A DNA stretch of 64,000 bases from Tubiluchus corallicola (taxonomy: Eukaryota; Animalia; Priapulida), in NCBI GenBank assembly GCA_030141605.1, contig JAQGDQ010000688.1, positions 1-64,000 on the forward strand, given 5' to 3'. This document shows positions 61,575-64,000 of this stretch, one piece after another. A program made the translations under genes and the position numbers. The notes under the pieces were generated by a model that made no database searches, was not told where the DNA came from, and was given only the letters and a program-made list of their open reading frames with translations. Within the stretch, counting starts at the first letter, position 1. Each line of letters starts with the position of its first letter.

Positions 61575-62774
61575 TATATGGCTTACATACTGATGTGGGT
61601 TGGGAGACCCGTGAATGACAAAAAGCCGCAACTGTACGGGCCACCCAGATCAATAGCATACAATAGAATACAATTGTTTGATTGATGGAGACAAGAGGTG
61701 ACGTAACAATGACGACCAATAAACAATTACTCTAATACTATTACTTTATAGGATTTTACGGACTGAAGTATGAACGACTAAAGTGAAATAATAATAATAA
61801 TGACAACAATGACGACGATAACGGCAGCGGCGATGACGACGACAATAATAATAATTTATTTGCCTTCAGAATAACAATCATAGATAGTATATAACAATGT
61901 GTTACAAAGTTTAGAGAAGGATAAGATGGCGAAAGAGCAAATGGTCATCTAGTCTGCCATCCCTAAATAGTGAATCTACTTATTTCAGCATGGCGAGTAA
62001 ATGTTAATAGAACAAAATACAAAATAGAAGAGGAAAACAGATCATAATTAAATTGATGGCAAATAATTATGGTAAATAAAATTATGCAAATTTACACAAA
62101 ACAAAGTGAAAATAAAATTATTAAAGCAGAATTCTATGGGCAAAACAAACTAGTTAAAAAGCAAAATAGCTAACAAATTAATAAATTCATGTAATATAAT
62201 AATCAAAAGGAAATAATCAAATACTCATAAACAAATTCGATAGAAAACTCATAACAGATCAGCCAAAAATCACATTGATAATAACTGACTGATAATTAAT
62301 TGCAAAATTACAGAAGTGTGTAGCTATGCTGACTAATTATTATATAGGTCTGTGTAAAAGTGAACATCTGTACTGTGCGGTACCGTTTAGGTGAAGTGTA
62401 AAAGATATGCATGCATGACAAGTAAATTACTAACTTATCTAGGTAAAAAAACGTATCGTTTTGCGCATCGTTTCATTGATATGCTGCCTTTGTTCAAAAT
62501 GGGGCACGACAAAAGGCCGCTTGAAGTGTAAAAGAGAATGGCAGGAAAAATGGTTAGTAAAAAGACAGTAAGAAAGTGATACGAACACTGGTGCTCTGTA
62601 GTATTGCACAGTATTTTTACACGTCTTAAAATTTGACTAAATTGGTCATTTCAAAATCTTTAAACACCAAATGTTTAAATGGGAAAAAAATGCAATTTTA
62701 AAGTGTGTCCTAAAAAAACTTTTTACTCAAACTTATATTACTTAACATTACGCTTACTTGCTTGAAAAACTTAA

Positions 62775-63235
62775 CCCTTTCAAACCCGTTGTATCCCGTG
62801 GGATACGAGAATATTTTCTGCATTTAAAATTAATAAAATGTTAAAACTGACAGTTATTTGATCTGTTAATAGTTATTTTGATTTAAGCCAATAACAATTG
62901 ACTAAAAATGGTGATAAAATGGCAAACTAGAAAATCTACATAGCATAAAAAACTGCGCAAGGTACAGTACTTTAGAGACGACTTTGTACAGATCAGCATA
63001 GTATGCGTACTAAATGTCTTAAATACTTTAAAAAATACATTTAGCAGTTGCAAAATGAAGCACAATTTATGCTTCCACTGAATCCCAATGTATCCCGTGG
63101 GATACAGGCTATATTTAGCACGCGGGCACAGGTAGAAAAAAATAATAATTATGTGTAAACAAGATGGACATACTGAACAAAAGCACCAAGCGAAAAAAAA
63201 TTTTCTTATTAAAAAATAATTTGGGATTGAAAGGG
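62775..63235. mobile_element. piggyBac-like MITE
   Basis: TTAA|CCCTTTCAAACCC ... GGGATTGAAAGGG|TTAA; internal GTATCCCGTGGGATAC palindrome present twice. Confidence 0.8.
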
Positions 63236-64000
63236 TTAAGTAACTAGGAAAAAAAGATATTCGCACCAACTCGTAAATATCATTGACTCATTTTCCCAGT
63301 GTGCACCAATGAGTCATCAAAAAACGTATTTTTAATCTTATTGACAAGATAAAATAATTTATACTTTTGCTTAGTTTGTGATGTGTATGCTACGAATGCT
63401 CTAATTATTTTTCAAACTTTAAGCGACGTTGTTTGAACTTGTTTAAAACGATTTACCGCCAAAATGGCTGTGCCTGGCAGTCATCGCGGGAGTTTAAATT
63501 TACATGTTTTGTTCAGCGTTACTGCCGAGGCAAGCCCAGCGTGCAAAAGCACAGTATGTAAGGAATACAAAATTTCAAGACAAAGTTTTTATTCTTAATG
63601 TCAGCAAAGGTTTCCTTGTGCTTTAGAAATGCCAGATAACAAATTTTTGCTTAAATTTCTCCAACTTTACTGATTGCAGCAATTTCGTTCCCGTCAAATC
63701 TTAATTTAATCAGTTCGCATGGATCGCAATACGGCAAGATTACAAATAATTCAAAGACGATCTTGGTATGTGTTCAGTTTAGATTAAATTTATAGCGAAC
63801 TGATAAATGGCATTTGCTCTGAAAGCTGAAACGATGGTTTTTCAAGTGAAGACAGTTGATCAGAGTTCTATCCTATGCTATGTATGATCAGTATTCATTG
63901 CTTAACATTGATTCACGTATTTGTGTAGCTAGTTTAAACATAAGTGCTTGAGTTAGGCGGTGTAAAGGTGACTTCGTTTCAGCCACTTTTACGTTTTGTT

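Overview
AT-rich, repeat-dense animal genomic DNA. It is probably an invertebrate, and the 5S-derived sequences look lophotrochozoan-like (inference). Five spliced genes can be reconstructed by hand: (1) EME1 on the minus strand, 8 coding exons in the window, last exon apparently off the left edge; (2) MRPL27 on the plus strand, 3 exons, head-to-head with EME1; (3) an unannotated 5-exon gene at 29289-35786 encoding a 272-aa secreted protein with a TSP1-like Cys/Trp module split by an acidic-then-basic insert and a Thr/Glu tail; (4) a convergent secreted Thr/Ser/Pro mucin-like gene with near-perfect 255-bp repeats but frameshifts and a MITE insertion; (5) the ENTH exon of an epsin. The rest is mostly non-autonomous DNA transposons (hAT, piggyBac-like, pogo/Tigger-like, Kolobok-like, Harbinger-like, EnSpm-like), LINE fragments (RTE, CR1/L2, Rex1-like), minisatellites and long microsatellites. 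Three things stand out: three copies of a chimeric SINE (5S rRNA head fused to an internally deleted RTE LINE, each copy with a different junction), the novel secreted protein gene with a nuclear-receptor motif cluster, and an EME1/MRPL27/epsin linkage resembling human 17q21.33. All calls were made by eye; no database searches were run.
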